A stretch of 32,000 nucleotides of DNA from Erysipelotrichaceae bacterium OH741_COT-311. GTDB taxonomy: Bacteria; Bacillota_I; Bacilli_A; Erysipelotrichales; Erysipelotrichaceae. Positions 1 to 8,832 of the stretch are shown here, one piece after another; positions within the stretch are counted from its first letter, which is position 1; every line of letters begins with the position of its first letter. The position numbers and the translations under genes are program-made. A model generated the notes under the pieces. The model searched no databases. It was not told the origin of the DNA and saw nothing but the letters and a program-made list of their open reading frames with translations. Location of the stretch: the NCBI GenBank assembly GCA_003858585.1, contig RQZE01000010.1, positions 36,525 through 68,524 of the forward strand, written 5' to 3'.

Positions 1-84
1 CCACGTGAATTGGTAAAAGATCGCATAATTAATACAGTAGATGAATATCTCTACGCAACACACCAAGACAAATTAAATGATTAA
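1..84 (+). CDS. C-terminal fragment of an unidentified protein (gene starts upstream of the window)
   Basis: Frame 1 is open from nt 1 and reads PRELVKDRIINTVDEYLYATHQDKLND, with stop TAA at 82-84. A strong hairpin terminator follows immediately. With only 27 codons, no family can be assigned. Confidence 0.4.
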   Translation, partial: PRELVKDRIINTVDEYLYATHQDKLND

Positions 85-118
85 AAAATAACCACTTTTA
101 TGAAGTGGTTATTTTTTT
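83..118. terminator. Bidirectional rho-independent terminator between convergent genes
   Basis: Perfect 15-bp stem 83-97 / 103-117 (AAAAAATAACCACTT / AAGTGGTTATTTTTT) with a 5-nt loop. An A-run lies on one side and a T-run on the other, so it reads as hairpin plus U-tract on both strands. It overlaps the stops of both flanking CDSs. Confidence 0.75.
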
Positions 119-735
119 GCCTTTAGCAATTCATCCAACATTGCAATATGTGTTTCAGAAAGTTCTCGATATTCTTTTGCCTTTTTATGATCCTTTTTAT
201 TTTCATACATAATTGAAATTAAGAATTCGTTTACACCACGATGTTCCACTGGAAGATTTTTTGTTTCCTCTAAAATTTCTTCTAAGTAACGATCTCCTTT
301 TTCAATATAGATATCATAAATACGAGTTGCTTCTTTTACCATTTGTTCATCTTTTAAATCAATAACTAAATTTAAATACTTTTTCGCATGTTTTTGATCT
401 TCAACTGAAACATAATAATTAAATGCCATCATATAAATCAACGATTTTTGTTTGTGATTTAAACGATGTTTTTCAAACTTTTCAAACGCTTGAAGAATCA
501 TTTTTTTATTATCTCTTAAAATAGCACTATTTAACTTCATATAATCGATGTTAAATGGCATAAACAATATTTTAATAATAAAGGTTTCAATTAACTGATC
601 AAATTCATCAAACTTTCTTTCTTCTAATAAACGAACAATTTTAGTAGAATAATGTTTTTTAACAAATTTTACTGTAATTGAAAAGAGTATTGCTAATACT
701 ATAAATATTAAAACTAAAATGACATTACGGTCCAT
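109..735 (-). CDS. Hypothetical membrane-anchored helical protein (single N-terminal TM helix, Lys/Glu-rich TPR-like helical remainder)
   Basis: ORF 109..765. I prefer the ATG at 735 (MDRNVILVLIFIVLAILF...) because a GAAAGGA Shine-Dalgarno lies 5 nt upstream. One hydrophobic helix is followed by charged helical sequence. No catalytic motif recognised. Confidence 0.6.
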   Translation of the reverse strand: MDRNVILVLIFIVLAILFSITVKFVKKHYSTKIVRLLEERKFDEFDQLIETFIIKILFMPFNIDYMKLNSAILRDNKKMILQAFEKFEKHRLNHKQKSLIYMMAFNYYVSVEDQKHAKKYLNLVIDLKDEQMVKEATRIYDIYIEKGDRYLEEILEETKNLPVEHRGVNEFLISIMYENKKDHKKAKEYRELSETHIAMLDELLKAKK

Positions 736-754
736 AACAATCCTTTCTACTATC

Positions 755-783
755 AAGAAAAACACGCATGCCCTGCGTGTTTT
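755..783 (-). terminator. Rho-independent terminator after PTS set 1
   Basis: Stem 759-768 / 774-783 (AAAACACGCA / TGCGTGTTTT) with loop TGCCC. On the minus strand the hairpin runs into GTGTTTTTCTTG. Confidence 0.65.
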
Positions 784-816
784 AAATGAAGTTCAAGCAA
801 AATTAAATATAATAGC

Positions 817-1677
817 TTAGTGCCAAGGGAATTGAATTACAGTTTTGTAATCCCCTGGCCAAATTCCTAAGAATCCTCCAACAATACCGATTACTAATAA
901 TAAACCGATACATTTAATTGGAGACCAGTTTTTCTTTTTGATTAATGTGTAGCACATTAATGTTAATCCAAGAGGAATTAATGCTGGTAAAATACCATCT
1001 AATAAATCTTGAACAATAATTGGTTTTTCACCGTTTGGAATTACCATTCCAAGTCTTGTACCGCCATAGTTACATGTTAAAGCACCAACAACAAATACCC
1101 CTAACATACTTGCAGCATGTGTAAACTCTTTTGCATTCTTAGTCAATACACCAATTGCGCTTGTTCCTAAAGAATAAGACCAGTACATTAACCAGAAACG
1201 TAAGCCCATTTGTACTCCAAATGTAATTAAGAAGTATAAAATTGGACCAGCAAAACTTCCATCAATTGCCATACCAGCTGTAATACCAGCAGTAATTGGA
1301 ACTAATGTGAACCAGAACAACGCATCACCAATACCACCTAATGGACCCATTGCAGCAACACGTACCGCACGGATTGTATTGATGTCTGCTTTTTGTTGTT
1401 CTAATGATAATACGATACCCATAACGAATGTTACTAAGAATGGGTGAGTATTAAAGAACTCTAAGTTGTGAGTCATTGAAGCAGATAAGTCTTCTTTATT
1501 AGTATGGATTTTTTCTAATCCAGGTAAAATACCCCATAACCAACCAGCTGCTTGCATTCTTTCGTAGTTGAAAGATGCTTGAAGCATAGTAGATAACCAT
1601 ACCATTTTATTTAAGGTAGCTTTATCTAGTGATTTAGCTGGAGTTAAATCTTTATAAGCAGTAACATTAGATGCCAT
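817..1677 (-). CDS. PTS mannose/fructose/sorbose-family EIID component (set 1)
   Basis: Carries the ManZ-type motif LQASFNYERMQAAGW and is a polytopic membrane protein. Preferred start is ATG 1677 (MASNVTAYKD...) with GGAGG 8 nt upstream. It overlaps the IIC 3' end by 11 nt. Confidence 0.9.
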   Translation of the reverse strand: MASNVTAYKDLTPAKSLDKATLNKMVWLSTMLQASFNYERMQAAGWLWGILPGLEKIHTNKEDLSASMTHNLEFFNTHPFLVTFVMGIVLSLEQQKADINTIRAVRVAAMGPLGGIGDALFWFTLVPITAGITAGMAIDGSFAGPILYFLITFGVQMGLRFWLMYWSYSLGTSAIGVLTKNAKEFTHAASMLGVFVVGALTCNYGGTRLGMVIPNGEKPIIVQDLLDGILPALIPLGLTLMCYTLIKKKNWSPIKCIGLLLVIGIVGGFLGIWPGDYKTVIQFPWH

Positions 1678-2461
1678 CACTAGTACCTCCATTTCCTACT
1701 AAGTTTTTGATTTTAACATTTGTGTTGTAGTCGTATAATGCAATTGCTGCACCAATAAACGCAACTAATAACAATGTAGCTCCTGAAGTAGCTGGAATAT
1801 TTCCTAAAATTGCAGCTGCTGCAAATCCAGCAAAGTAAATACCCCACATATCGTTAGCAAGCATGATTTTCATTAAGATTGCAAACCCAACGAAACGCAT
1901 CATTCCACCTGCAGCTCCAAGACCTGTCATGAACCATTGGAATTTTTCAGAGAATTCTTGTAATGTTTCTCCCATAGCTGTTCCACCAACATAAGCTAAT
2001 ACAGCAAACAATGCAAATAAACCACCTAAGATTAACATAGAGATGTAGTTAACTTGAGCAATTCCCTTAGGCTCTGCTAAGTCAGCATGTTTGTCTGCTT
2101 TTGCCATGATACCTGACATTAAAGCAAATGTAGTTGTTACTGCATATTGACCAAATACAGCGAAGACAATTGAAGCACCTAATGCTTCTTCAACACTGAA
2201 TCCAGATTTTACCGCGAAAATCATAGCAACGATACCACCAAGTACCGCATTTGGAGGTTGTGCCCCACCAACTGGCATGTTACCAATCATCATTAATTCA
2301 TAAGTACCACCAATTGCTAAACCAGTTTGAGCATCACCTAAGATGATCCCAATAATTGGACAAGCGATAATTGGACGGTATAATAATTCAGTTAATGAGA
2401 ATTGGTCGATTGCAAATATAAATGTTACAATTGCAAGTAATATAATTTGAAGTATATCCAT
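1667..2461 (-). CDS. PTS mannose-family EIIC component (set 1)
   Basis: 264-aa polytopic membrane protein located between IIB and IID. Motif GGAQPPNAVLGG is shared with the set 2 paralogue (GGTQPPNPVLAG). RBS AAAGGGGA. Confidence 0.9.
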   Translation of the reverse strand: MDILQIILLAIVTFIFAIDQFSLTELLYRPIIACPIIGIILGDAQTGLAIGGTYELMMIGNMPVGGAQPPNAVLGGIVAMIFAVKSGFSVEEALGASIVFAVFGQYAVTTTFALMSGIMAKADKHADLAEPKGIAQVNYISMLILGGLFALFAVLAYVGGTAMGETLQEFSEKFQWFMTGLGAAGGMMRFVGFAILMKIMLANDMWGIYFAGFAAAAILGNIPATSGATLLLVAFIGAAIALYDYNTNVKIKNLVGNGGTSDGI

Positions 2462-2498
2462 TATATTAGTCCCCTTTCATTATGATTATTTTTTGCAA

Positions 2499-2975
2499 TT
2501 ACTTAAATAATTTAGAAACATCTTCTGTTCCCTCTTGTGGAACTTTACGAATTTCTAGTTCAACTCCAAGTTCTTGAAGTTTCTTAAATGCAGCAACATC
2601 AGTATCATCTACAGCAACAGTTGTCGCAACTTGGCGTTTACCATCTGCCATATGCATATTACCAATGTTAACTTTCTTAATCGGCACTCCACCTTCTACT
2701 AGCTTTAAAACATCAGTAGGTGTTTCACAAACCAAGAAAATCTTTTGTGCATCTGAAGCCTTATGGATTGTGCTAATCGTTTTCTCAATCGTCCAATAAC
2801 GTGTTTGAGCGTAACTAGGAGCAGCCATATCCATCAAGCCTTGTCGAAATGAATTGCCAGCAACATCATCATTAGCTACCAAAATTAAGTTAGCCCCAAT
2901 GCTTCCACACCATTGTGTAGCAACTTGACCATGAATTAGTCGGTTGTCAATTCTCGTTAATACGATATTTGGCAT
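2499..2975 (-). CDS. PTS mannose/sorbose-family EIIB component (set 1), stand-alone
   Basis: 158 aa. N-terminal phospho-His motif LTRIDNRLIHGQVATQW typical of the sorbose-type IIB fold. RBS GAAGGGATGAG. No IIA domain is fused. Confidence 0.9.
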   Translation of the reverse strand: MPNIVLTRIDNRLIHGQVATQWCGSIGANLILVANDDVAGNSFRQGLMDMAAPSYAQTRYWTIEKTISTIHKASDAQKIFLVCETPTDVLKLVEGGVPIKKVNIGNMHMADGKRQVATTVAVDDTDVAAFKKLQELGVELEIRKVPQEGTEDVSKLFK

Positions 2976-3007
2976 ATTTGCTCATCCCTTCATTATAGAG
3001 CGGAAAA

Positions 3008-3021
3008 TTAAACCGCTTACT
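3008..3021. promoter_or_regulatory. Candidate catabolite-responsive element (cre-like) in the leader of PTS set 1
   Basis: TTAAACCGCTTACT matches 12 of 14 positions of the cre consensus TGWAANCGNTNWCA, including the central CG. It lies 33-46 nt upstream of the IIB start codon. It is a two-mismatch site in AT-rich DNA, so weak. Confidence 0.25.
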
Positions 3022-3145
3022 ATAAAAATATTTTACTTGTATTTACTTAATATTTCTTTATACAAAATAACTTTTGATTTGCACTTTTCAACACTTTTTT
3101 ATTTTCCAACATTTTTTTATATAAACTAGGAATATCCAACTCTCC

Positions 3146-3168
3146 ATTAGGAAAAATCATTTCCTAAT
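3146..3168. promoter_or_regulatory. Perfect inverted repeat, candidate operator
   Basis: ATTAGGAAA-aatca-TTTCCTAAT: 9-bp perfect arms with a 5-nt spacer, in the divergent PTS/AraC intergenic region. Confidence 0.3.
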
Positions 3169-3198
3169 TTGTACTTTTAAATTTAATTCATTTATGAT
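3169..3198 (+). promoter_or_regulatory. Candidate sigma-A promoter for the AraC-family gene
   Basis: TTGTAC (3169-3174), 18-nt spacer, TATGAT (3193-3198). This would give a leader of about 47 nt that contains the RBS. The -10 element sits inside the 3185-3208 palindrome. Confidence 0.3.
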
Positions 3199-3208
3199 TA
3201 AATGAATT
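3185..3208. promoter_or_regulatory. 24-bp palindrome, candidate operator
   Basis: AATTCATTTA-tgat-TAAATGAATT: 10-bp perfect arms with a 4-nt spacer, 44-67 nt upstream of the AraC start codon. Confidence 0.35.
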
Positions 3209-3251
3209 GTACAAAAATGAAGATAGATTTATAATATAAAAGGTGATTAAT

Positions 3252-4427
3252 ATGTATAAAAAAACAACTGGACCACAATTTACGCAATATGGTTCTATAT
3301 ATGAAATTGATACAAATTTACTAAATATGGATACTTACACAGTAACTACCGTAGAAACAACCATAAAAGATTTATCAGAATTACATCAATATAACGATGA
3401 GGTTATTATTAAATGTATTGATGGTATTGCCATGTTATGTATCAAAGAACACAACAGTGATCCTATCATGCAACAATTCGTCATGCATCGTACTGTAAAA
3501 CTTCATCCTAATTTATATTTCAATATTATTCCAATGACTAATAAAACAACTTATGAAGTCATCCATAAAAAACATGCTAAAAAAAGGGTTGCTCCTTTAT
3601 CAAAACCTTATGGTATCACACACATTAAAACAAGCTTTCATATCGATGAAATCTTCTCTTTTTACTATAGTGTAAAAGGTACCGGCTATTATTTTGACGG
3701 GGAGCAACATGAATACTTTGAATTAACATATGTCGATAATGGTTCTTTAAATGTAGAAGTAGAAGGAAAAAACTATGAGATTAATGAATATGAGCTTATG
3801 ATTTTTGGTCCTAACCAATTTCATCGCCAAAAGGTAACCGCCAATAAACCATGTTCTTATTTAACAATTATGTTTAATATGTCAATCGAACATTATCAAT
3901 CCTTAATTAATCGTAAATTTAAAATTAAAAGAGAACTGCTATCTACACTAAATAAATTTGTCGATGAATCAAACATTGATTTACCATATCGAGAAGATTT
4001 AATGATTAGCTTACTAAAAGTATTAATCATTAATCTATTGCAATATGACTTCCATCTGAAAGAACAAAAACCAACCTCTCCAATCAATCAACACTTCGAA
4101 AACGAAATGGTTAATGAAATCATCAACTATATTGACAGTCATCTATATGAACCTCTTTCCATCGCTGAAATATGTCATCATTTCTCGATATCAAGATCAT
4201 CTTTACAAAATTTATTTAAAGATAACATTAAGATTGCCCCTAAGAAATACATTAATGAAGCAAAACTTAAGAAAAGTCGTATTTTAATCAGAGAAAATAA
4301 ACACAACATTTCAGAAATTTCATCCATGCTTGGATTTAATAGTATTCATTACTTCTCAAGAAAATTTACCCAAAGATATAAAGTCACTCCTTCCTACTAT
4401 GCAAAAAGTATTTATAAAGACAACTAA
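3252..4427 (+). CDS. AraC/XylS-family transcriptional regulator with an extra N-terminal domain
   Basis: C-terminal double HTH (LSIAEICHHFSISRSSLQNLFK ... ISEISSMLGFNSIHYFSRKFTQRYKVTPSYY). Central AraC-type cupin (YFELTYVDNGSLNVEVEGKNYEINEYELMIFGPNQFHRQ). About 145 additional N-terminal residues. Start ATG 3252 is preferred over GTG 3243 because AAAGGTGA lies 5 nt upstream. Confidence 0.9.
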   Translation: MYKKTTGPQFTQYGSIYEIDTNLLNMDTYTVTTVETTIKDLSELHQYNDEVIIKCIDGIAMLCIKEHNSDPIMQQFVMHRTVKLHPNLYFNIIPMTNKTTYEVIHKKHAKKRVAPLSKPYGITHIKTSFHIDEIFSFYYSVKGTGYYFDGEQHEYFELTYVDNGSLNVEVEGKNYEINEYELMIFGPNQFHRQKVTANKPCSYLTIMFNMSIEHYQSLINRKFKIKRELLSTLNKFVDESNIDLPYREDLMISLLKVLIINLLQYDFHLKEQKPTSPINQHFENEMVNEIINYIDSHLYEPLSIAEICHHFSISRSSLQNLFKDNIKIAPKKYINEAKLKKSRILIRENKHNISEISSMLGFNSIHYFSRKFTQRYKVTPSYYAKSIYKDN

Positions 4428-4467
4428 AAAAACTTAAATCTAACTTGATTTAAGTTTTTCTTTTTTT
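4428..4467. terminator. Terminator shared by the AraC gene (+) and the V-ATPase operon (-)
   Basis: 13-bp stem 4428-4440 / 4447-4459 (AAAAACTTAAATC / GATTTAAGTTTTT) with a 6-nt loop, followed on the plus strand by CTTTTTTT. It overlaps the ntpD stop. The U-tract is less ideal on the minus strand. Confidence 0.65.
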
Positions 4468-5069
4468 AATTTAATGACCTTCTGTCTTGAAAATTCTTCA
4501 CGCTCTTTTTCTTCCAATACTTCTTGAATAAATTTAACGGTATCTTCAAAATTAGGAATCACAATATTTTTTAATGCATTAGCTCTTTTTTGTGTCTTAC
4601 GAATTGCATTTGCTAAACGATATACACTATTATCTACTTCCGCCAATATAAACGTTAATTCTTTTACCTTTTGAAATTGAACATACGCTTCGTCAACTCT
4701 AGCATTGGATTCACTAAACCCATACTCCATTTTAATTGGTTTTTGTGTATAACCAACACTTGGTATTTCAACCCCCATAACACTTCGATAGCTAATATGA
4801 ATCGAAGACTCTACTTGTACACTACTAGCTAGTTCACTAATTACCCCATTAGAGATATTGGCTTGTTGCAGATAATAATAAGCCAATTCATAACTTTCCG
4901 TAATTTCATTACGCAATATTTTCACTTTATCAAGTAGAACCATCATTTCACGTATTAATACATTACGTTTTTTATCAAGTAATTCATAGCCATCCTTCGC
5001 TAAGATTAGTGATTTTTTTGTAGCTAATAAATTCCCTTTTGTCGGAAATATTTTATGTTCCTTTGACAT
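4440..5069 (-). CDS. ntpD: V-type ATPase subunit D (central stalk)
   Basis: 209 aa. The N-terminus FPTKGNLLATKKSLILAKDGYELLDKKRNVLIREM is typical of V/A-type subunit D. It is the last gene, directly after B. Confidence 0.9.
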   Translation of the reverse strand: MSKEHKIFPTKGNLLATKKSLILAKDGYELLDKKRNVLIREMMVLLDKVKILRNEITESYELAYYYLQQANISNGVISELASSVQVESSIHISYRSVMGVEIPSVGYTQKPIKMEYGFSESNARVDEAYVQFQKVKELTFILAEVDNSVYRLANAIRKTQKRANALKNIVIPNFEDTVKFIQEVLEEKEREEFSRQKVIKLKKEKLKSS

Positions 5070-5071
5070 AA

Positions 5072-6490
5072 CTAAACACCAACACTTGCTAAAGTTTCAA
5101 GAATACGAGAGGCTGTACTTGGATTATAGTGTTGTTTGATTAAATTTTGATCAAGACGATCAAGCGAAGATTCCGGAAGCATACTTAACAATGCCCATCC
5201 CAATGATAAGGTTTCATTGATAGAACGCTTTGTATCAAAGCCTTGACCAATAAAAATCTTTTCAAATTGACGACCAAATTCTAAATGCATTTGATCATTG
5301 CTTGATAATTCATCTTCTCCAATAACAGAAGCTAGTGAACGAGCTTCAATCACCTTGGCATAAGAAGCAAACAACTGATTAGCTAAGGCACTATGATCTT
5401 CTCTCGTATATCCTTTACCAATACCGTCTTTCATAAGACGTGATAAAGAAGCCAATGGACCAACAGGTGGATAAATCCCATTTTGATGCAATTGGCGATC
5501 TAACACAATTTGTCCCTCGGTAATATAGCCTGTTAAATCCGGAACAGGATGGGTAATATCATCATTAGGCATAGTCAAAATCGGAATTTGAGTTACCGAT
5601 CCCTTTTTACCTTGAACAATACCGGCACGCTCATAAAGCGAAGCCAAATCCGAATACATGTAACCCGGATACCCTTTACGACCCGGAATTTCTCCCTTAC
5701 TGCTTGAAAACTCACGTAGTGCTTCACAATAAGACGTAATATCAGTCAAAATAACTAAGATATGCATATCTTGTTGATACGCTAAATACTCTGCTGCACT
5801 TAAAGCGCAACGAGGCGTAATGATACGCTCAATAATTGGATCATTGGCTAAGTTGATAAACATACATACTTTTTCCATAACCCCTGTTTCTTCAAACGAA
5901 CGCTTAAAGTACTCTGCTACATCATTTTTTACACCCATGGCACCAAACACAATACCAAAGTCTTTTCCTTGCGAATCAGCAATTTGTGCCTGACGAACAA
6001 TTTGTACAGCTAACTTATCATGTGGCATCCCACTTCCGGAAAAAATAGGAAGTTTTTGTCCACGAATCAAAGTATTTAATCCATCAATCGTACTAATACC
6101 TGTATTGATATAATTACGTGGATAGACACGTGCAACCGGATTTAATGGATTTCCATTAATATCCGCCTTAAAATTCGAATATACCTCTCCTAATCCATCG
6201 ATCGGCTTACCAGAACCATTAAAAATACGTCCCAGTATTTCCTTACTCAAAGGAAGTTCCATTGGATGCCCTAAAAACTTTGTCTTAGTATTTGTTTTTG
6301 ACAAACCGCTTGTTCCTTCAAAGACTTGCACAATCGCTTTTTTTCCTTCTATTTCAACAACTCTTCCTAAGCGAATATGTCCATCTTGCGTTTTTATCTC
6401 GACAATTTCTTCATTCGATACATCATCAACATTATCCATTACTACTAATGAACCAGCAATTTCATTTAAACCTAAAATTGATAAAGTCAT
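5072..6490 (-). CDS. ntpB: V-type ATPase subunit B (non-catalytic)
   Basis: 472 aa. Conserved blocks [31 protein letters not shown] and [36 protein letters not shown]. Confidence 0.95.
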   Translation of the reverse strand: MTLSILGLNEIAGSLVVMDNVDDVSNEEIVEIKTQDGHIRLGRVVEIEGKKAIVQVFEGTSGLSKTNTKTKFLGHPMELPLSKEILGRIFNGSGKPIDGLGEVYSNFKADINGNPLNPVARVYPRNYINTGISTIDGLNTLIRGQKLPIFSGSGMPHDKLAVQIVRQAQIADSQGKDFGIVFGAMGVKNDVAEYFKRSFEETGVMEKVCMFINLANDPIIERIITPRCALSAAEYLAYQQDMHILVILTDITSYCEALREFSSSKGEIPGRKGYPGYMYSDLASLYERAGIVQGKKGSVTQIPILTMPNDDITHPVPDLTGYITEGQIVLDRQLHQNGIYPPVGPLASLSRLMKDGIGKGYTREDHSALANQLFASYAKVIEARSLASVIGEDELSSNDQMHLEFGRQFEKIFIGQGFDTKRSINETLSLGWALLSMLPESSLDRLDQNLIKQHYNPSTASRILETLASVGV

Positions 6491-6501
6491 GAAATACCTC
6501 C

Positions 6502-8250
6502 TTAATCAATGGATTTTAATGCTTGATCAATTTCTACATAGTAATTGTCAAATGCCATTAAATCATCATTTCTAACATCATATTTTATCTTAATAATTTT
6601 ATCTATAATTCCTGTTTTATTCAGTAAACTAACAGGAATCTTTCTTGTTACTAACTTTTTAGCTTCTTGATAAAAGTAATGAATTACCTTTAACATTTGA
6701 TATTGTTTTGCAAGTGGGACATATGTATCCTCTTGATGATAAGCATTTTGTTGTAAGAAACCTACACGAATTATTTTTGCAACCAACAGAATTAACTTTT
6801 GATCATCTGGCAATACATCTGCACCAATCAACTTAACAATCTCGTTTAATTTATTCTCTTCTGCCAAAAGCATAATCATTTCTTTACGCAAACTACTAAA
6901 ATCACGAGCTACCTGTTCACTATAATACTTACTTAAATCATCAATATACTCACTATAAGAAGTATTCCAGTTAATAGCCGGATAATGTCTTGCATAAGCT
7001 AATGACTTATCCAATGCCCAGAAACAACGAACAAAACGCTTCGTATTCTGTGTAACAGGCTCTGAAAAATCTGCACCTTGTGGTGAAACTGCACCAATGA
7101 TGGTGATTGAACCTTCTTGTTGATTTAAGGTCTTAACCAAACCGGCACGTTCATAAAATTGTGCAATACGAGAAGGCAAATACGCCGGAAACCCCTCTTC
7201 AGCCGGCATTTCTTCCAATCGTCCTGATATTTCTCTTAATGCCTCAGCCCATCGAGAAGTAGAATCTGCCATAATAGCAACATGATAACCCATATCACGA
7301 TAATACTCAGCCAGAGTAATTCCTGTATAAATACTTGCTTCACGAGCAGCCACCGGCATATTACTTGTATTGGCAATTAACACCGTACGAGCTAACAGCG
7401 GTTGGTTACTCTTAGGGTCAATCAACTCTGAAAACTCTTGTAACACTTGTGTCATTTCATTTCCACGCTCACCACAGCCCACATATACAATTAAATCCGC
7501 ATCACACCACTTAGCAATTTGATGTTGCGTCATTGTTTTACCAGAACCAAACCCTCCCGGAACACTTGCCGCACCACCTTTTGCAATCGGAAATAACGTA
7601 TCAATGACTCTTTGTCCTGTAATTAAAGGTCGATGAATCCCTAAACGTTTACGAATAGGACGCGGATTACGAATTGGCCACTTTGATGTTAAATCAATAT
7701 TATGGATTAATCCATAATCATCTTTTATTTTAACAATTGTTTGTTTAATATTGTATGCACCATTCTCTACGACTTCAATAACTTGACCACTTAAAGATGG
7801 ACTCAACAAACAGCGATGCATAATAAGACTGGTTTCTTGACATTGGGCATAAACAGATCCCCCGTAAAGATAATCTCCAACTTTACAAAGCACTTCAACA
7901 TTCCATAGTTTCTCTACATCTAAAGAATCTACTTGACTGCCAATATCAATAAAAGCCCCTTGTTTTTCATATAAATCTTTTAAAGGACGCTCTATCCCAT
8001 CAAAGATATTACCGACAATCCCAGGACCTAATGTCACATATAAAAGTTCTTTACTACCAACTACCGGTTCATTTGGTTTTAACCCTGTTGTAGACTCATA
8101 TACTTGGATTGTCACCAAGTCATTATCAATTTTAATAACTTCTCCCAATAACTTTTTATGACCGACATAAACCATTTCCAACATGGAAAAATCATTTGTA
8201 TCTTTTACAGTTATAACAGGCCCATTAATTGAATATATTTTATTTTCCAT
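6502..8250 (-). CDS. ntpA: V-type ATPase subunit A (catalytic)
   Basis: Walker A GGFGSGKT, plus [13 protein letters not shown] and [23 protein letters not shown]. Start ATG 8250 ([12 protein letters not shown]...) is preferred over GTG 8256 because GAGGTGA lies just upstream and overlaps the subunit E stop. Confidence 0.95.
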   Translation of the reverse strand: MENKIYSINGPVITVKDTNDFSMLEMVYVGHKKLLGEVIKIDNDLVTIQVYESTTGLKPNEPVVGSKELLYVTLGPGIVGNIFDGIERPLKDLYEKQGAFIDIGSQVDSLDVEKLWNVEVLCKVGDYLYGGSVYAQCQETSLIMHRCLLSPSLSGQVIEVVENGAYNIKQTIVKIKDDYGLIHNIDLTSKWPIRNPRPIRKRLGIHRPLITGQRVIDTLFPIAKGGAASVPGGFGSGKTMTQHQIAKWCDADLIVYVGCGERGNEMTQVLQEFSELIDPKSNQPLLARTVLIANTSNMPVAAREASIYTGITLAEYYRDMGYHVAIMADSTSRWAEALREISGRLEEMPAEEGFPAYLPSRIAQFYERAGLVKTLNQQEGSITIIGAVSPQGADFSEPVTQNTKRFVRCFWALDKSLAYARHYPAINWNTSYSEYIDDLSKYYSEQVARDFSSLRKEMIMLLAEENKLNEIVKLIGADVLPDDQKLILLVAKIIRVGFLQQNAYHQEDTYVPLAKQYQMLKVIHYFYQEAKKLVTRKIPVSLLNKTGIIDKIIKIKYDVRNDDLMAFDNYYVEIDQALKSID

Positions 8251-8258
8251 AGTCACCT

Positions 8259-8831
8259 CTACAACATAAACCCTGAATGATCATAAAACCATTGTTCTTG
8301 TAACTTCACTTTTGTATCAAACGTTTCATCCATTTCAACTTTTAAAATCTCACTAATAAAACGAAATCCACCTAACTTAACAAGTCCACTTCGTAGTTCA
8401 CACTTTACTTCTAATGAACTTAAAATCTTTTCAAACACATGGACATCTTCTTGATTGATCTCTAAGTAACCCAAAGATAAATCAACGTCCAATGCCTTTA
8501 ATTTCTTATAACAATATGAATAATACTCTTCACTTTTTTTAAACTTTAAAATTTCATCCACTACTTCTTTAAACAATTCATTTACTAACTCTTGTCTTAC
8601 TTTTAATAGATCACGTTTGGTTTTTAATTTATTCTGTGAAATAGCCATTGCCGTCTTTAGACGTAAATCATTTAACTCTGCTTCATAATAAGCATCTATT
8701 TCATGATTTAAACCTTGTAAATAATAATTAATTTCATCATTCCTTAACACTTCAATCTCTTGATTAATACGACCAATAATCAAGTTTGCTTGCTCTTGTA
8801 CATCATCCAATATTACTTTCTTTGCATCCAT
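8259..8831 (-). CDS. ntpE: V-type ATPase subunit E (peripheral stalk)
   Basis: 190 aa with a long N-terminal coiled coil and a globular C-terminus. Located directly upstream of A. RBS GGAGG. Confidence 0.75.
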   Translation of the reverse strand: MDAKKVILDDVQEQANLIIGRINQEIEVLRNDEINYYLQGLNHEIDAYYEAELNDLRLKTAMAISQNKLKTKRDLLKVRQELVNELFKEVVDEILKFKKSEEYYSYCYKKLKALDVDLSLGYLEINQEDVHVFEKILSSLEVKCELRSGLVKLGGFRFISEILKVEMDETFDTKVKLQEQWFYDHSGFML

Positions 8832-8832
8832 T

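Noticed and set aside
2944-3129. 61-aa plus-strand ORF in the PTS/AraC intergenic region
   Set aside because: It starts inside the IIB gene on the opposite strand, has no RBS, and is an Ile/Phe/Leu/Tyr-rich translation of AT-rich promoter DNA.
3207-3235. Textbook-looking promoter TTGTAC-17-TATAAT upstream of the AraC gene
   Set aside because: The predicted transcription start (about 3242) would fall inside the Shine-Dalgarno sequence (3238-3246) of the preferred start codon, leaving no usable leader. The upstream TTGTAC-18-TATGAT candidate is more coherent. Neither is proven.
2976-3242. Sigma-54 (-24 TGGCAC / -12 TTGCA) promoter, which is common for Man-family PTS operons
   Set aside because: A TTGCA occurs, but no GG-containing -24 element lies at the right distance on either strand. 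No LevR/ManR-type activator is encoded here.
3241-3254. Identical 14-nt AGGTGATTAATATG at the AraC start and at the V-ATPase subunit C start (12493-12506, minus strand)
   Set aside because: It is just a Shine-Dalgarno sequence, an AT-rich spacer and an ATG. Flanking sequence is unrelated, so it is coincidence rather than a repeat or a shared regulatory element.
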